Notes: generated by a model from the letters alone, not told the origin. DNA of 59,249 nt, filler included, from Sphacelaria rigidula (GCA_964200075.2; 6 parts of 6 records of this genome joined end to end with filler, not necessarily neighbours in it); one strand, 5' to 3'. Numbered from the whole stretch's first letter, positions 24,703 to 38,196 are shown. Numbers and translations: made by a program.

Positions 24703-27581
24703 CCCTCCGACTTTTGCACATTTTCTTAAAGGTCAAGCATGACCCCGTAGCGGAGGTGGAGAGGCGAGCAAGGGAAACACTCGAAGCAGGAGAGGGGAAG
24801 GACTTGCCGTCGCCCGCCGACGCTGTTGTGGACGCTGTTGGCGCCGGTTGGGACGAGGGCTACGGAGAGCTGCTGATGTGGAGGGTGCACCCGCGGGGAT
24901 TAGTCACTGTGCCGGAGGAGGAGTTTGGACACATGCAAAGCTCACACAGGTGAGAGAAACATGGTTGTTGTTGTTGTTGTTGTTGTTGTCATTATTATTG
25001 ACATTTTTGTACTGGGATCTTACGTACGTGCTTCCCCCTTTTTCTCTCTCTCCTGGGGAAAAAAAAATAGCTACGTGCTACTGTACGGTTACGACGCTGC
25101 GGCGGAGAATGATTTCGAGGAGGATGAGGATGACGATTCAGACGACGATTCGGAAGACAGCACGGGCTTGACAAAAACTGGCGGGGATATTAACAAGCGC
25201 GGCAGTTATAGCAGGGCTGACAGCCGATATTCGTCTCGAGGCTCGAGGGGACAGGACGACGACGAATGTGGTGGACATGACCAGTTCGACGATGACGACG
25301 ATGATGATGACGAGGACGAGGACGAGGAGTGCTATTCGGACGACTCTTTATCGGCGTATGTCAAGGCTGCCGATGATGGGAAGGCAAACGGAGAAACGGA
25401 GAGGAAAATCAGTGGCGGCGGCAAGGACCCTGATAGGAGAGCGGGCGTCGGCGGCTCGCTGTCTCCAGGTGTTAGTGGCGGGGGAGGGGGCAGGGGAAGG
25501 CCGAGCGCGGCTGCACTGGAGAGCAGTGCGAATCGTCGCAAGTCCATGTTTGCCACTGTAAAGCGGGAGAGTCTAGCGGGGGGCAAAACGCTGCAGGAGG
25601 TGCGGGGTCATAGGCAAAGGGGGCTGCGGTCGTCGTTGGGGGGTCACGGGGAAGAAATCGAAGAGCTCGAGCGAATTGTTCATTCTGGTGTGTTCGAAGA
25701 GGGCGACGAAGATGATGAGGATGAGGATATTCCGATAAGTCGTCGATTGCATAGCAATGTGACATCATCCAGGGGTACGTCCACCAGGGGAAAGGGTTCC
25801 AGGAACTCGGCCGGTACAAGTGCCACGAGCAGTCGTCGCAACAATAATATTGATACTAGCAAGTCGCAAGGTCAGGCTGCAGCCGCCCAAAACAGCGACG
25901 GTGACGACGGGGACGATTATCTTGAGCTCAGTTCAATGGGATCGGGATCAGGGGCGAGCGATCTAGATGGCGATCTGGAGGATGGCGATGATGTAGACGG
26001 GCAGAGAGGCCCGCGGAGCAGAGGGAAGGCGGCATTGGAAGGCTCGGAGACTGAGGACGAAGATTACGTGCCCGGGGCCGAGCCGCGGTTTTTGATTTAT
26101 TTCTGGGCGGGCTCGCGGTCGAAAAAGAGCGATTGGGTGTTGTGGAAGCTTGAGCTGGCGAAGACTATGGTTCCTGAGTGGCAAAAGGTGGGTGAACGTC
26201 CGCGAATGAGGGGAGCGGGGGGTGCGGGGGGCATATGTGGCCACGAACCTTGCAAATGAGTAAAATTGCTGAGTGTTGGACACAATGCTCTCGACTTTTT
26301 TTCGAATATTTTATTGGTCGCACTTCTAATTTTTCATGTATTTAATTTGTCGCACTCCTTACCCCCCTCCCCTCATCGGGATGAGTCCGTGGTCTCAACG
26401 GATCAACCCATCTCTCCCCCGATTCTCTCGACTATTAGTAGCTTGGTTTATCGGTGTGGTTGTAGTGCAGCGCCGACAATACCGAATTTCTAGAGCACCG
26501 ACCGAAATACTGATGGATTGTGATTATTTGGTGAGTTGGCAATCGCGCATCACGTGATCGACCCCCGAGAGATCCAACCATGGTCACGAGATGGACGGCT
26601 TACTCAAGGTATTACAAGATGATAACAGAAATACTCGGTCGATCGCTGAAGAAAAGTTGAGAAAAGGAGGGACGTGTATGAGAAGAGACGAAAATGGAAG
26701 GAAAACGAGAAACGCGGCACACTCTGGATACTGACGATATATTACATTATTAAACGGTGTACTGGGTACAGTATCGACTTTTGCGTCTATTACAAAGGAT
26801 AATAGATACCAAATTGTACGCAGTACACTTTTTTGACAATAGGAATCTGTTGTCCAGGGTGTGGAACCCTAGCAAAAATGAGATAAGGAAAGAGGGGAGA
26901 AGAAGAAAGTAGAAGACGAGAAGCGCCCCCAAGGTTGTCTAATGGATCTCATTCTGATCATTCTGATCAAAATAATGTTGATCTTTCAGAAAAAAAAAAT
27001 GGCTCGTCGCGTGGCTCTAGGCGAGGAGAGTATTCCAAAAAAACAATGAACCAGGGATATACACGTTACACTCGTGATACATTTGAAAAAAACCAGAAGA
27101 ACGTAACTTCGGGGATTTAACGCTACGTGAGGTTTGATATTTCGGACGGGACAAACGTAACATAACGTGGCCTTGAAGCAGTGTCTCTTGATGTTTTACA
27201 GACGTGAAAAAACGCTGTTTTCGTGAATTTTTAACGTGACACGTGACACGTTACAAACTCACGAAAACACGCAGACTTTTCGTCACATTTGGAAAGTAAA
27301 ACGCTATGTTAAGGTTTATGCGAAGGACCACACGTTACATCACGTCACGTTATATTTGTCCCATCGAAAAAATCAAACCTTACCTGGCGTTAAATGACCC
27401 AAAGTTACGTTTTTTTTTCGAATGTGTCACGTAGAAATGTCACGTGTACCGTGTATGCCCCTAAAAAAACGAGAGTTGAACGAAGAAGAACAATTTTGAA
27501 CAGAAGATACCAAGCATTCTGGAGCAGCTGAGATATCTCGCCACTCCCTGAGCATCTTGGTAACACAAGGAAAAATAATGG

Positions 27582-27627
<46 letters not shown>

Positions 27628-27988
27628 AATAAGGGCCCCTTTTTGTTGGCTGTACGTGTTTGTAACTGTACCGCATGCATGCATACTACACACGTACGAT
27701 AATATTGAGGAAAAAAAATCAACGTTTCTCCGCTGTCTTTTTTTTTTTCTTCCATTTTTCATCTCTTTCACCGTCGGGTCTGACAAGGCGGTTAAAGCCG
27801 AAATCCCTCAGATACAGGTGTTACAGGGTCAGGAGCCGCTGCACTTTCGGCGAATTTTCGGGCAAGGCAGAGACAATGGCCGTCTGATCGTGCACGACCG
27901 TGTGTGGCGGAAGCGAGACAATCCGGAAAAGCGGGTGTCTTTATTTAAGGTCCAGCGGGTAGCCGACCAAGAGTTCCAAACGTTTCAG
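21023..27988 (+). CDS. Gelsolin/villin-family protein, internal part (exons 21023-21298, 24134-24457, 24732-24949, 25071-26187, 27788-27988)
   Basis: Exon phases are consistent. Gelsolin-repeat motifs: MLESNAAYILDVFTEVFVWYG, HVREAREPFLFRVKFFDW, LLMWRV...VPEEEFGHMQSSHSYVLLYGY, FLIYFWAGSRS, QIQVLQGQEPLHFRRIF, SLFKV. Both ends are missing. Confidence 0.9.
21700..22742. repeat. Two diverged direct copies of an intronic repeat (~21700-21858 and ~22460-22742)
   Basis: Shared blocks CAAGTA.TTCCAGT.GTCGAGCTCC and TTGTT.CCAACTTGC.GCTGC.CCCC.G. The second copy has an extra ~130-bp internal segment. Confidence 0.55.
22752..23060. mobile_element. MITE-like inverted repeat
   Basis: Perfect 21-bp IR GAGTTGGACCCTGAAATTTGG (22816-22836 / 22946-22966) with further imperfect outer pairing. 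Boundaries approximate. Confidence 0.55.
24647..24700. repeat. (CA)n microsatellite, intronic
   Basis: About 27 CA units read directly. Confidence 0.95.
27052..27463. mobile_element. hAT-like foldback MITE in a gelsolin intron
   Basis: Termini CAGGGATATACACG / CGTGTATGCCCCTA with ~110-bp imperfect inverted arms rich in ACGT motifs. No clean TSD. Confidence 0.65.
27578..27625. repeat. (ATG)n microsatellite, intronic
   Basis: Direct reading; explains the poly-M, poly-H and poly-S ORFs in the track. Confidence 0.95.
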
Positions 27989-29577
27989 GTCAGGATATCG
28001 AGGCTCTTTTCACACCCTGGACAATAGATTAAATTGTCGAAAATGTACTGGATACAGTATGGAATCTATTGCAATAGACGCAATAGTCCATACTGTACGC
28101 GATGCACTTTTTTGTAGGGTTGTGAAGCGGACCAGGTTGTACTGGCAGTGGAACTGGAACTGGTGATGAGAACTCCAGTTTATTCAGTTTATTTGAGGTT
28201 TGCCGTTACCGGATATGTTTATACCATTTTTAGTATGGTGCGTTTATAACAAAGATGCTTGCATAATCACGAACAAAATGGCAACAGGATCGGGGTCTGC
28301 ACCTGACAACAGTACAGGTACAGACAGTACAGTACAGTACTCGTGGTCACTACACCTCGAAGTGATACTGCGGATATAAGCCAGGTTTGTCGTTTCATAG
28401 CACGATATGCATCTGGAATAAAAAATAGCACACAAACGGTAATCCGCGACCACAAAATACAAAGTACACCATGGCTTGCGATTCAACTGCATGCGTGCTT
28501 GTGGGTCTGGAAGTGAATCATTTTGCGCTCTTGTCTCCGCGTGCCGCCAGCCCTGGCTTGTTTGCATCTTCCTCTCCTCACGGAGAGTCTGCTGCTGCAT
28601 ATTTCAGATGAATGGTTTTCGAATCGCTCACCGCTTTGAATTGGATTTGAATGTCATCCGAGAGTGCCCGAAAGAAACAATCGGAGACCCTATGCCCCTT
28701 TTTCGAATCCTGGAGTCTTTCGGGAGGGGGGGGGGGGGGGGGTGTATTTTTTTTTAANNNNNNNNNNGGCGGGAGGAGGGAACAAAATTACTAAATCTTC
28801 TACAAAAAAAAAAGAAAAGAAAAATGAAATGAAGTTACAAAAAAAATGAATAGTATACAAGAAATTAAAATTCGTGTTCATGAAGCTCTAATTCTTCGCT
28901 TACCTTCGAAGTCAAGTAAGGCCAAGTTATATTTATGGGGTTCGGCAATACATTGCACATCACACTTAGACGACAAGAACAAGACCAGACAAATACCACA
29001 ATGCTGTGAAATGCTTGCTCGATCAAGCCAGGCGCAACTATCTACACCGTCATTTTGCGTCCAATGTGCGTCGCATCTTGTGGTGGCAGATAGGCCCAAC
29101 AATCATGGGCGCTACCTCACCCAAGTCGCCCCCAAATGGCTATTTATTTAGTGTTTCTTGATGTGAAGAAAACAAATCCTACGACAGCCGCAGGAGGGGG
29201 GGGGGGAGGGGATACACAGGATCTCGGAGCTTTTTTTGTCGGGCATTCCTGTGTCATCCAAGACTTCTAGCTCCTCACTGTGAGGGGTCACATTTTCCAC
29301 AATTTTTGCACATTTTTGAAGGAAAAGCAAGCCAGATATCGTAATCGCAATTTCGCCTCCGGCGGCGCTCCTGGGCCCCCCTCACCAGCCGGGGGGGGCG
29401 TTAGCGGCGGGCGGGATTGGTTTCCAGTTAATTGGCGCAGCCAATTAACTGGAAAACAATCGATGTACTGGCCACCCCAGCGGCCAGTTTAAACTTGACT
29501 GGCCAGAGCAGCCCTACTTTTTGTCGATGCAATCTTTTGTCCAGGATGTGGCTCTTTTGGACGGGTAGGGAGGGAGG

Positions 29578-29677
29578 NNNNNNNNNNNNNNNNNNNNNNN
29601 NNNNNNNNNNNNNNNNNNNNNTTAATTAATTAANNNNNNNNNNNNNNNNNNNNNNNNNNNNNNNNNNNNNNNNNNNN
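29578..29677. other. Artificial contig spacer
   Basis: N44-TTAATTAATTAA-N44. Confidence 0.97.
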
Positions 29678-29828
29678 TGTGGAGGAGGAAGATGGGGAGA
29701 GGGGGCGAGGGGGGTGTGACCCTTTTTGCGCCCACTTTTCTCTGTGTTGGTTCCCCCCCCCCCCCCCCCCCCCCTCCGCACATATGTGGTGTGCGCTCCC
29801 GTGAAAAACACGTTTCAAAACGGAACAG

Positions 29829-32800
29829 TTCATCGGGATGGAGCTGTGCGGGCACGGCGATGCAGAGGGGCTCATTCGGGACCAACCAGACAAGCTCCTT
29901 CCCCTCGCCGAAGCCCGCAGCTTCCTATTCCAAATGGCCTTCTCTCTATACGTCGGGAGGGCCGAGCTCAGCATGCGCCACTTCGATGTGAAACTCCTCA
30001 ATTTCCTAGTGGCGGATGCTTCGGCTCTGCTTACCCCCGGCGGTCGTGGAGGTCATGGCGGCGGCAGCGACGCCACTGCAGGCCTGTCATGTTCCACCGA
30101 GGAAGTCCCTCGGGTGGGCGCGGACATGAAGGGAGGGGTGGCGTTGCGATATGCTGTGGGCTCTGAGCTGGTGGAACTGTGTATGCCCCGAGATCGGGCG
30201 TTTGTGGTGAGTTGGTTGTCAGCTGGGAGGGGGACTGGGTGGTGCGGTACGGTGTGGAGGGCAGGGAACGAGCGACATTCTTTTCATCCGCATTTTTCCC
30301 TTCATCTTTCTCCTGTACAGTATACGTGTACTTCCTTCTGGTTTATTCGTTAGTTTTGTGCCCCCTCCCTCCCCCCTCACACACACACAATATTTTTCTC
30401 CAGAGCAACTATCGTGACCACGCTGTACTGATGAAGTGTACTGTTCTATTTCAATGCTCACCGTTTTCCCCCCGACTCGGTGCACGTCCCGTATATTGAC
30501 CCCGATGCCCACTTTCATCCCAGCTCCTTGTAGTTTCACGTGATTCATGACCTACCTGCTACTACGCTGTACCACCCCCCTTGCGCCGGCAATAAATGTA
30601 GATACCGTTATTCTTGAGTCGTACGTCCGACGATGTTCAATGATATGTTGGGGTTTCTGAACATAAAGCTTCTGCTATCCAACACTGCGGCAGCCGTGAA
30701 TCTCAAAAAGCACCATGTCGCGGCAGCTCGCTTCCCCAAATTCCCTGTAGACAGATCATCAACCCAGCTGACGAATCAAGCGTCGAGGGCGGTAATTTAA
30801 TTATCCTTGACATGAACAACCCTTCCTGCTTTCATATGAAGTTTGTCCACTCGTGTATTTGCGTTGGCGCTTACAGGTGAAGCTGGCTGACTTTGGGACA
30901 GCTGACGTGAACCCTGGTTCGGTTGGCGCGCCGGTGGAAGCTGGGCACTTCACGACTCTGGAGAATACGCCCATCGAACAACTCTGCTGCGGTAGCAGCG
31001 CACAACAGGTGAAGAAGTGCCGCGGTAAAGTTTGATGTGGGGGTGCTATTCAGCGTACCCATCGTTGCATGATTGCGGTAGGTAAATACCCCTTCTGCAT
31101 GGTGCCAATGACTTGGTGCTACTGTTGCCACTATATTGAATAATGAGCCTCGAATATATTTTCTCGGAAATTCATGATGTCATATGATGCCAACCTTTAC
31201 CGTTAACCGCTAGCGATCTGTTGAATCGGCATACATCACCTTTTTTTTCAGGGTAAATGGTACGATTCAACAGATCGCCTACCCTAGCGGTCGAAGGGTT
31301 AACTCCAACGTAAAGCACACCGAGAACCCTCGGACAAGAAGGATACATCTAGTGCCCTGGGCAGACCTCAAGTCGGCGGCCGCGGTGCCGAGTTGGATAA
31401 CGACGCGATATGCGCAGGCTAGAAGCTGCACTCGGAATTGTAAGACCCCCACGAAAGATCCGAAGGCCGGTGCGGTGTTTACTCTGAAGTCAAGCGAAAA
31501 AATCCCGCGGAAAATTCCGTTTGACTACTCGTGGGTGATATCTACTGAAAATTGGGGGGGGGGGAGTATCCATTCGTTGTTTTCCTTGGTCGTTCAAAGT
31601 CGTACTTTTATTTTAGCCCAAAGCGCGACAAAATTTCGATACCCATGAAAACCCGGATACATCCTCATTGTTTCATATTGAGGTTGAGATCGATTCGATT
31701 CAAAGCAGAAGTTGATAGAGGAACCGGGTAGGACCCCCCATAACCAGTACGCCGCTAACTCGTTCATATTCTTCACAAAAAGCATGTGTCGAACGTTGGG
31801 AAAACAGTGTCAGAAATCTCCGAGCTCCAAAACACTTCAAGATGAATTGGGGTTCGACGTTGGCAATACGAGTATGTACCGTGTTTGGAAAATTTGCGAC
31901 AAAGGAGAAATATTCAGCGGAGGCCAATTTTGTTTGTTTATTTATTTTATTCACCCACCACGTATAGTACTGTCATGATGAAACATCTGTGTCTTGTGTA
32001 GCGACAGCGTTGGTGTTCTTCCTTGAATTGCTTCCATAGAGAGCGTTCATCCCTGCAGCGAGCGTTTGGTATCCAATGCGTACTTGGAGTGTGATATTTC
32101 TCGTCCTTGTGTTGGATGAATGCCCGCATGGCTGTTTTTGATATCTCAAACCTCTCTGTGTTTCTTTCTGTTTCTGATTTTTTTTTCTTGTTCTCGTATT
32201 ATTTTTTTGCTTTCAACTATTCAGTTTGTTTGAAAGAAACGAAAATTTGCCGTTTTTTATTTTTATTTTCTTACCGTTTGTTTTTTCTGTTTCTTTATTT
32301 ATTTTTCGTCGTTTCGAATCCAGGACTACGCCAGCGATACGTTTGCGTTCGCGCTTGCGGCCCTACACCTGTTCACGGGGGAAGCTCCGTACGAGGAGAT
32401 CATGGAAGAAGTGAGTACAGTCACATAAATGGATGGATGCATGCAAAAATGTTTTGCAGCCAAAAATAATAGTTTCTCTTCGTTTTTTCCTGCGGGAAAC
32501 GACAGAAATGAATCGTAGTAGTTGATTTTGAGCACAAATTCCGCAACGTTTCCCCAGTAGTCGTAGGCAGCCACGGGAACGCCGATGCAAAGCGAAATAA
32601 GCGAAATGTCACATTTGGAGAAATCGGGCTATGTTCGCGTATTGTTGGGGTTAGCCCGTACAAAGGAAGCGTGTATGATTGGAGGTCTCCTTTTTGTCTT
32701 CGTTTCATCCCTGCTCATTTCCTCTCCTGCGTCATATTTGCATACATTGGGTACACAGCTATCTTCGTGACAAAGTGACAGGTTCCATGACGGAGCACTC

Positions 32801-34564
32801 ATGTCCCGTTTTCATCGGGCAAAAAAACCCAATATAATTTCAGGAAATACGCTGGGTTTGTTACATATATATCATCTTTTTTTCATCTCGTGATTTTCAG
32901 TGCGTTGTGTAATACAGATGAATGTGAGATAGCCATCCAACCATATCAATCAGAGCGCCAACAATTTTTTCACTGATCACCCTTGTAATTTTGGCCCCTA
33001 GGCGTTTTGTTCCAACTATCCCTCTTCCCGCACGTGGTTTTTTTTTTTTCTTACTCCGTCGTCGTCGACTGTTCAATGACTTTGGTTTGTGCGTGGCGCG
33101 CACCTGGGCCGAGTAGGTGGAGTGTCCAGATGATTTGTACGATGCCCTGGCCAATACATGGTCCGATGAGCAGTACCCCGAGTACAGTGTCCTGTGCGAT
33201 ATCGTGTTGGACACCGTAGACGAAGAGCCCGAGGATAGCGTTGCCGATCCTGATTGCAAGGAGGAGGGGGAGGAAGAGGAAGAGGAGCAGCAAAGCGCGA
33301 CGCTGTTCAATACCTTCTACAGGTGAACGGGTTGATGCTGTTGTTGCACTCATTTTCCGTCGCCCACAGCGATAATGCGCGGTGTCGGAGCTGTGTGTAC
33401 GATAGGTATTTCGTCAGCAAATATCCTTCCGGACCGTACCCGAATGTTCGGGACTGAGCTCGACATCGTATCACACCATATCGGGATTTTCGATACACAT
33501 TTCGCCATGGTTCAGTATGCCAACCAAAATCCCACACTTTTGGGTATACCCCATATTGTAGAACACAATGTTGGAAGGTTCCAAGGGTCGGATGATGATG
33601 ATCTGAAAATTGCTTGCTTTTAGTGAAAATTGGTTTGTACTACATGAATCTTTTGTTGGAGAAGGGATGTTTTCGTGAAGTTGAGAGTAAAGGATAAAGG
33701 ATACGATTGAGAGTGGAAGGCGATCAATGAATGAAAAAACAGTTTCCGTTCCGGAATGCCCGTACACGAGGCCCGATGCGCTTTCTGTAGTAGCTTGGCA
33801 CTGAAACCCTTGATTATCCCTGAGTAGGATATCGACGTGTAGCTGTGGCACACGCCAATGCCACAGGCATTGAAAAGCACGCGCTAAATGAAAACTTGGT
33901 GGAGGTTGGGCGAATAATGAAATCCACTCTCAATCAACGCTCTACTCTCAATCCCACGAAAACATTATTGAGATTGTTCTCCGGGTCGTACCACAATTAC
34001 GCGCACCCTAGGCACGTGGAAGGGGGCGAAAGTTGTGTAGAGAGTTTTTTTTACCCCGAGATCGTATTACTCCTTTTTTTTTCGAGCGGTAAGGCCTCAA
34101 AAATGCTACTTGTGGTGATTCGAGGCCGCCATGACTCGCCTGGCCCTTTCAAGGTCATGTTTCGATTTACGTCCCTCCTGTCCTGTCGTTACCTGTCCTC
34201 TGTCTCCCTCTCTTTGTCGATGAAGATACTTGGTGCTATTTGGTGTGCCTGATCGTCAAACCTTGGATGAAGCGTTCGGAGCCGACAATCCCGTGTGGAG
34301 TGCTGTGGGATCGCTTCTGGGTTGGGTGAGCAGCTCCCGATTTCGTTTTCTTTTTTCAAGTTTCAATCCTTTGGAACGCTGGGAATCCAAAGCAGAGCAC
34401 AAGGAGAAGACGTCGAAACGAGAGGCGTAGATGTGGTGAAAGATTTCAATGCATTTGTGTGCTGGAAGTCGAGGAGTTATTTTTCGAGGTGTTGAGATGA
34501 AAGTGTTTGAAATATCAATCGGCATGGCCACACGACGCTGTCTTTATTCATTTCATCATCCTTT

Positions 34565-34616
<52 letters not shown>

Positions 34617-35534
34617 GGTAGTAGGGCTGCTAGTACAACTACTACTACTACTGGTAGATACATAGTCCTTGCACGCACGTGACCTGACGATCCTCTCAGG
34701 GTAGTTGTAGAATCACACCTTCGGAAACGTTTTCGGCTTGCATACGCACACGCACGTGCCTTTCAATCCAACATGTCCTTCTGAAATAGTCATCTTCTAC
34801 TATTATAGTCGTATATCTTGTCATGTCAACGCCGGTCCCCGGGAGTCTGAATCCTCTAGGTTTAGAATGAGGGTCTGAATACGAGGGCTGATACGATGTG
34901 AAAAAATGTGAAGGAAAAATGCAAGCGCAAGTCGGGGGGAGGATATACCCGATATGCTAGGGGTTCGATTATAATAGTGGTGATGACCCATGCCCACTGG
35001 GGCAGTCAGCCCGGTGCTGTTTATCCCCTATCTAAGCCCATGTATCAAGTCATCATGACTGGCTTTGGCGGGTATGCGCGACTCATCAAAATACCAGAAT
35101 ATCGGGTATCCGACACGCCCTTGAAAAAGTGCCTACCCCCTGTCCCCTACCCCCTACTCCAGAAATCCAACAAGGGTCGTGGGCGGCGTGGAGGAGGGCT
35201 GTCTGCTGCATCGAAGCGTTTCTCACGGCGGTTCCGCGAGGATCAAGCACGGTTCTCGCTGGAAAAGGGCACGAACCCAACCATCGCAAGAGGTAGAGCT
35301 AGACTGGAGGCCGTAACCGGCACCATGGAGCTGGTGAAGGCTATGGCGAGCTTTTGCCCCGGGGATAGGCCCACCATGCTGGAGGTACTCACGCATGAAG
35401 CGTTTGCCCCGCTCAGGAAGCCGGTCGGCCCGGGCAGATGTCGAGAGCAGGCTGCGGGGCGGGAGGAAGGAGTAATGGAGTTCATGGCGTTTGTGCGAAG
35501 AGATGGCGATTCGAGGGCGTTGCCGGATGTCTAA
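29829..35534 (+). CDS. Ser/Thr protein kinase, C-terminal part (exons 29829-30206, 30877-31008, 32324-32410, 33117-33322, 34226-34325, 35163-35534)
   Basis: Phase-consistent exons give hinge MELCGHGD, catalytic loop RHFDVKLLNFLV, VKLADFG, TTLENTPIE, DTFAFALAALHLFTGEAPY and DRPTMLEVLTHEAF, then a stop. The N-lobe lies off this contig. Confidence 0.9.
34565..34615. repeat. (GTA)n microsatellite, intronic
   Basis: About 17 units read directly. Confidence 0.95.
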
Positions 35535-37963
35535 CTTGTGACTCGTGCTTGTGGTTTGTGGTTTGTGGTCGTGGTCGTTGTCGTTGTTTTTGTGGTTGTC
35601 GTTGTTTTTTTCGGTGCGCTGGAGGGTGCTTCGTGTCGAGGTTGTTGGTCAGATGTTGGCATAGCGCTTGTGCTACATGTTTTTCGTGCGTTTTTTGGGG
35701 TTGGTGCGTGGATAGCGTGTTCTCGTATGTTGTTTTTTTTAATGATATGGTGACAGATTGTTCGGAAAAAAACGGAGTGATGGATGGATCTTTAATGTGT
35801 GTTTTTTACAGGTGTAGCACCCTCCTTTTCAGTTTCCACCCCCTCCGCGTGGTCGATGGTCAAACCACTGAGGCAAGCAACAAATGAGTACGCCCCCCCG
35901 CCCACCGTTCTACCCATCCACCTTCTCCGTGCTTGCCAAAATAGAGCTATTGCTTTCGAATCCAATGACATTTCGTGGTTGTGACACGAGGATCGGCGGG
36001 ATGCTCGGGGGGTGCCGTTTGGGTTGGTGACCGATTGACTAGCGGGTCTGTCTACTTTTTTGTGTATCTTCTTTGGAGGTGGAGTGAGTTGAGTAAAATG
36101 TGCGTCATGTTTGGTTTGAATCGGACCCCCATCCATATCTTCTATCGTTCGGGCATACGTTTCGAGAGACTGGCTGTAAAGCAAAGTACGGGATATATGC
36201 TCTTGACGTTGGATATTCGAGAACGTGCTCGGTGGTAACATCGGAGGCAAGTCTAGCGAGGTGGATGGCGTGGGTGCTCAGTCGTCTACCCCGAGGTGGA
36301 ATTGCGTGATATAAAGTCTTGGTGCTGTTCATGTCTCTCGTTGTTACCCGCTAACACCTCGTGTGCATCTTTGCAGTGTTTTTGGGGTTGCACAGCTGTG
36401 CGGGCAGTGCTTGCTCTCCACCTGTTCAATTGTCTGTGTTGGACCACCACAAATGCAGAAGCAGTGCTGCGGGTATAGTAGCACACTGATTCGGAGGGAG
36501 GCGGAGAGGACGGAGGAGCGCTCCTCGCGTTGTCCGACTTCGCTTTGACTTCGCCGCAGTCAAGATTGGTTGCACGAAAGTAAATATTTTTCGTTCGGAA
36601 CAGAAAGTGATATCTCTTCTCCCGGCCTGTATTGTGTGTATCGTGCGTTCGTCTTCGTTTTGTTTCTCCTGTGGTGGAGGGTGTCATGAAGTCATTGGAT
36701 CCTCTAAAATAGTGAAGTATTGTCGATGTTGTTGGGTGAGAGTACTTTGCTTCGCAGTGCTTTTCGGTTGAACATTTGGTTTCATGTGAACGCTGGGGGA
36801 TGAGTGTTTGAGGTGGCTTCGAACACAGGGCTGCTACGACGGCCGAAAGTCGGATAGACTCGCACGTCTGTTTGCCGAAACTTTCGGTTTGGCGGCAGGC
36901 TTGGTGGGCGACGGGATCTATGGTATCTAGCTCGTGTCAGCAATTACTAGGCGCTCTTGTGTTCTCATCAGCATTTTTCATTGGGCGGCTGCAAGCTAAT
37001 GATTCAAGTGAGTGTAGTAGTCATTGGTGATGGTGACCCTGCATGCGTTGGGTAAATCAAAAACTACATGAAATGTATATATACACACCAAAACTCCCAA
37101 GTTCAGTTTTAATTCAGCACACACGGCAGACAGGTTCGAAACCGTCCCGTGTCTTGGAGACGCAAGACTTGGTTTGATAGTTCTGTAGTATCATTTTTTT
37201 TCGTAGCTCCTGCTATACTTGTAATCTTTGCTGTGTGTCGAGAGCGCGCTCACGAATGAATGGATCATGACATGCTGTGATCGAGTCGAGAAACAGCAAC
37301 TCGAATTCGTTCTGCCAATAGTATCCATTTTATTCAGTTCTATATATATAAAATCGTATATGTGTGCCGGTGTCACGGTTCATGCGTCGTTGAAAGACTT
37401 GTTATTTATGCTCTGCTTTATCAGCCTGAATCTGGGTAGTTGAGGGTATTTTGTGTCTCTCGTACGCTGCTACTTCTGTCGTGCACAGGGGTGAGAAAAG
37501 TGCGCCTGCGGGCAAGGCAACGCTTGGAGGAGCCGAGGGCACTATTATTCGCTTGTGTGTGCCTCCGCCCGACTGACCGGTCAAACTGTGGATGATTGTT
37601 GGAAGAACACCGTAAAATAGTGGAATAGCTTCACCGCGCCCCAGTGGTGTCAAGATCTAAGTGACGCCTTCGCGGCATGAAAATCACTGCTCGGGTTCCC
37701 GCCAGATGCGTCTGTTTGGCTGCATGTGCCGGACTGACCGTTGAAGCGGTGGGGGAGTGATGGTCATCTTGATCCAATCCGCGTTACCAAAATATAATGC
37801 GTGTAGCGTAGGGAAAATGGACGGGTGAATGCCTCGAGACCACACGGAGTTGTCCTGAGGGAGGGGGAGTTAGAAGTGAGAAGAAGAAAAAAAGAAAATG
37901 TTATATTACGTGGAGATCGCCGTTTTGGTATGTGCAGAGATTTTTTTTTATGACGTGTACCCG

Positions 37964-38196
37964 GTCGCCCCGGTGGCTCAGTTGGTAACTTCGTAAACTT
38001 CTAAGGGTTGAGTAGTTGGGTTCGATTCCCGGAGCGATCTGGGATTTTTTCTTGCACCATGCCCAACAGTGGAGAGCGGCTATGTCGTGGGTACACAAAA
38101 TGCGACCCAACGGTCGACGAGGGAAAGGGACTGCTGCACCCCTCTCTCGACAAAAATAAAGGCAAGAACCGCAGAATAAAGGTGGGGTACTACTAG
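37964..38196 (+). mobile_element. tRNA-derived (SINE-like) element
   Basis: A box TGGCTCAGTTGG (37974-37985) and B box GGTTCGATTCC (38019-38029), but the cloverleaf stems are broken. The body ends at ...TACTACTAG before an A-rich tract. Confidence 0.55.

Noticed and set aside
27405-27786. Poly-His, poly-Ser, poly-Ile and poly-Met ORFs
   Set aside because: They are translations of an intronic (ATG)n microsatellite.
21023-35534. Gelsolin-kinase fusion gene (same strand, both partial)
   Set aside because: The two parts lie on different contigs separated by an artificial spacer, so their adjacency comes from length sorting.
37964-38040. Functional tRNA-Arg(TCT) gene
   Set aside because: The D, anticodon and acceptor stems do not pair; only the A and B boxes and T arm remain.
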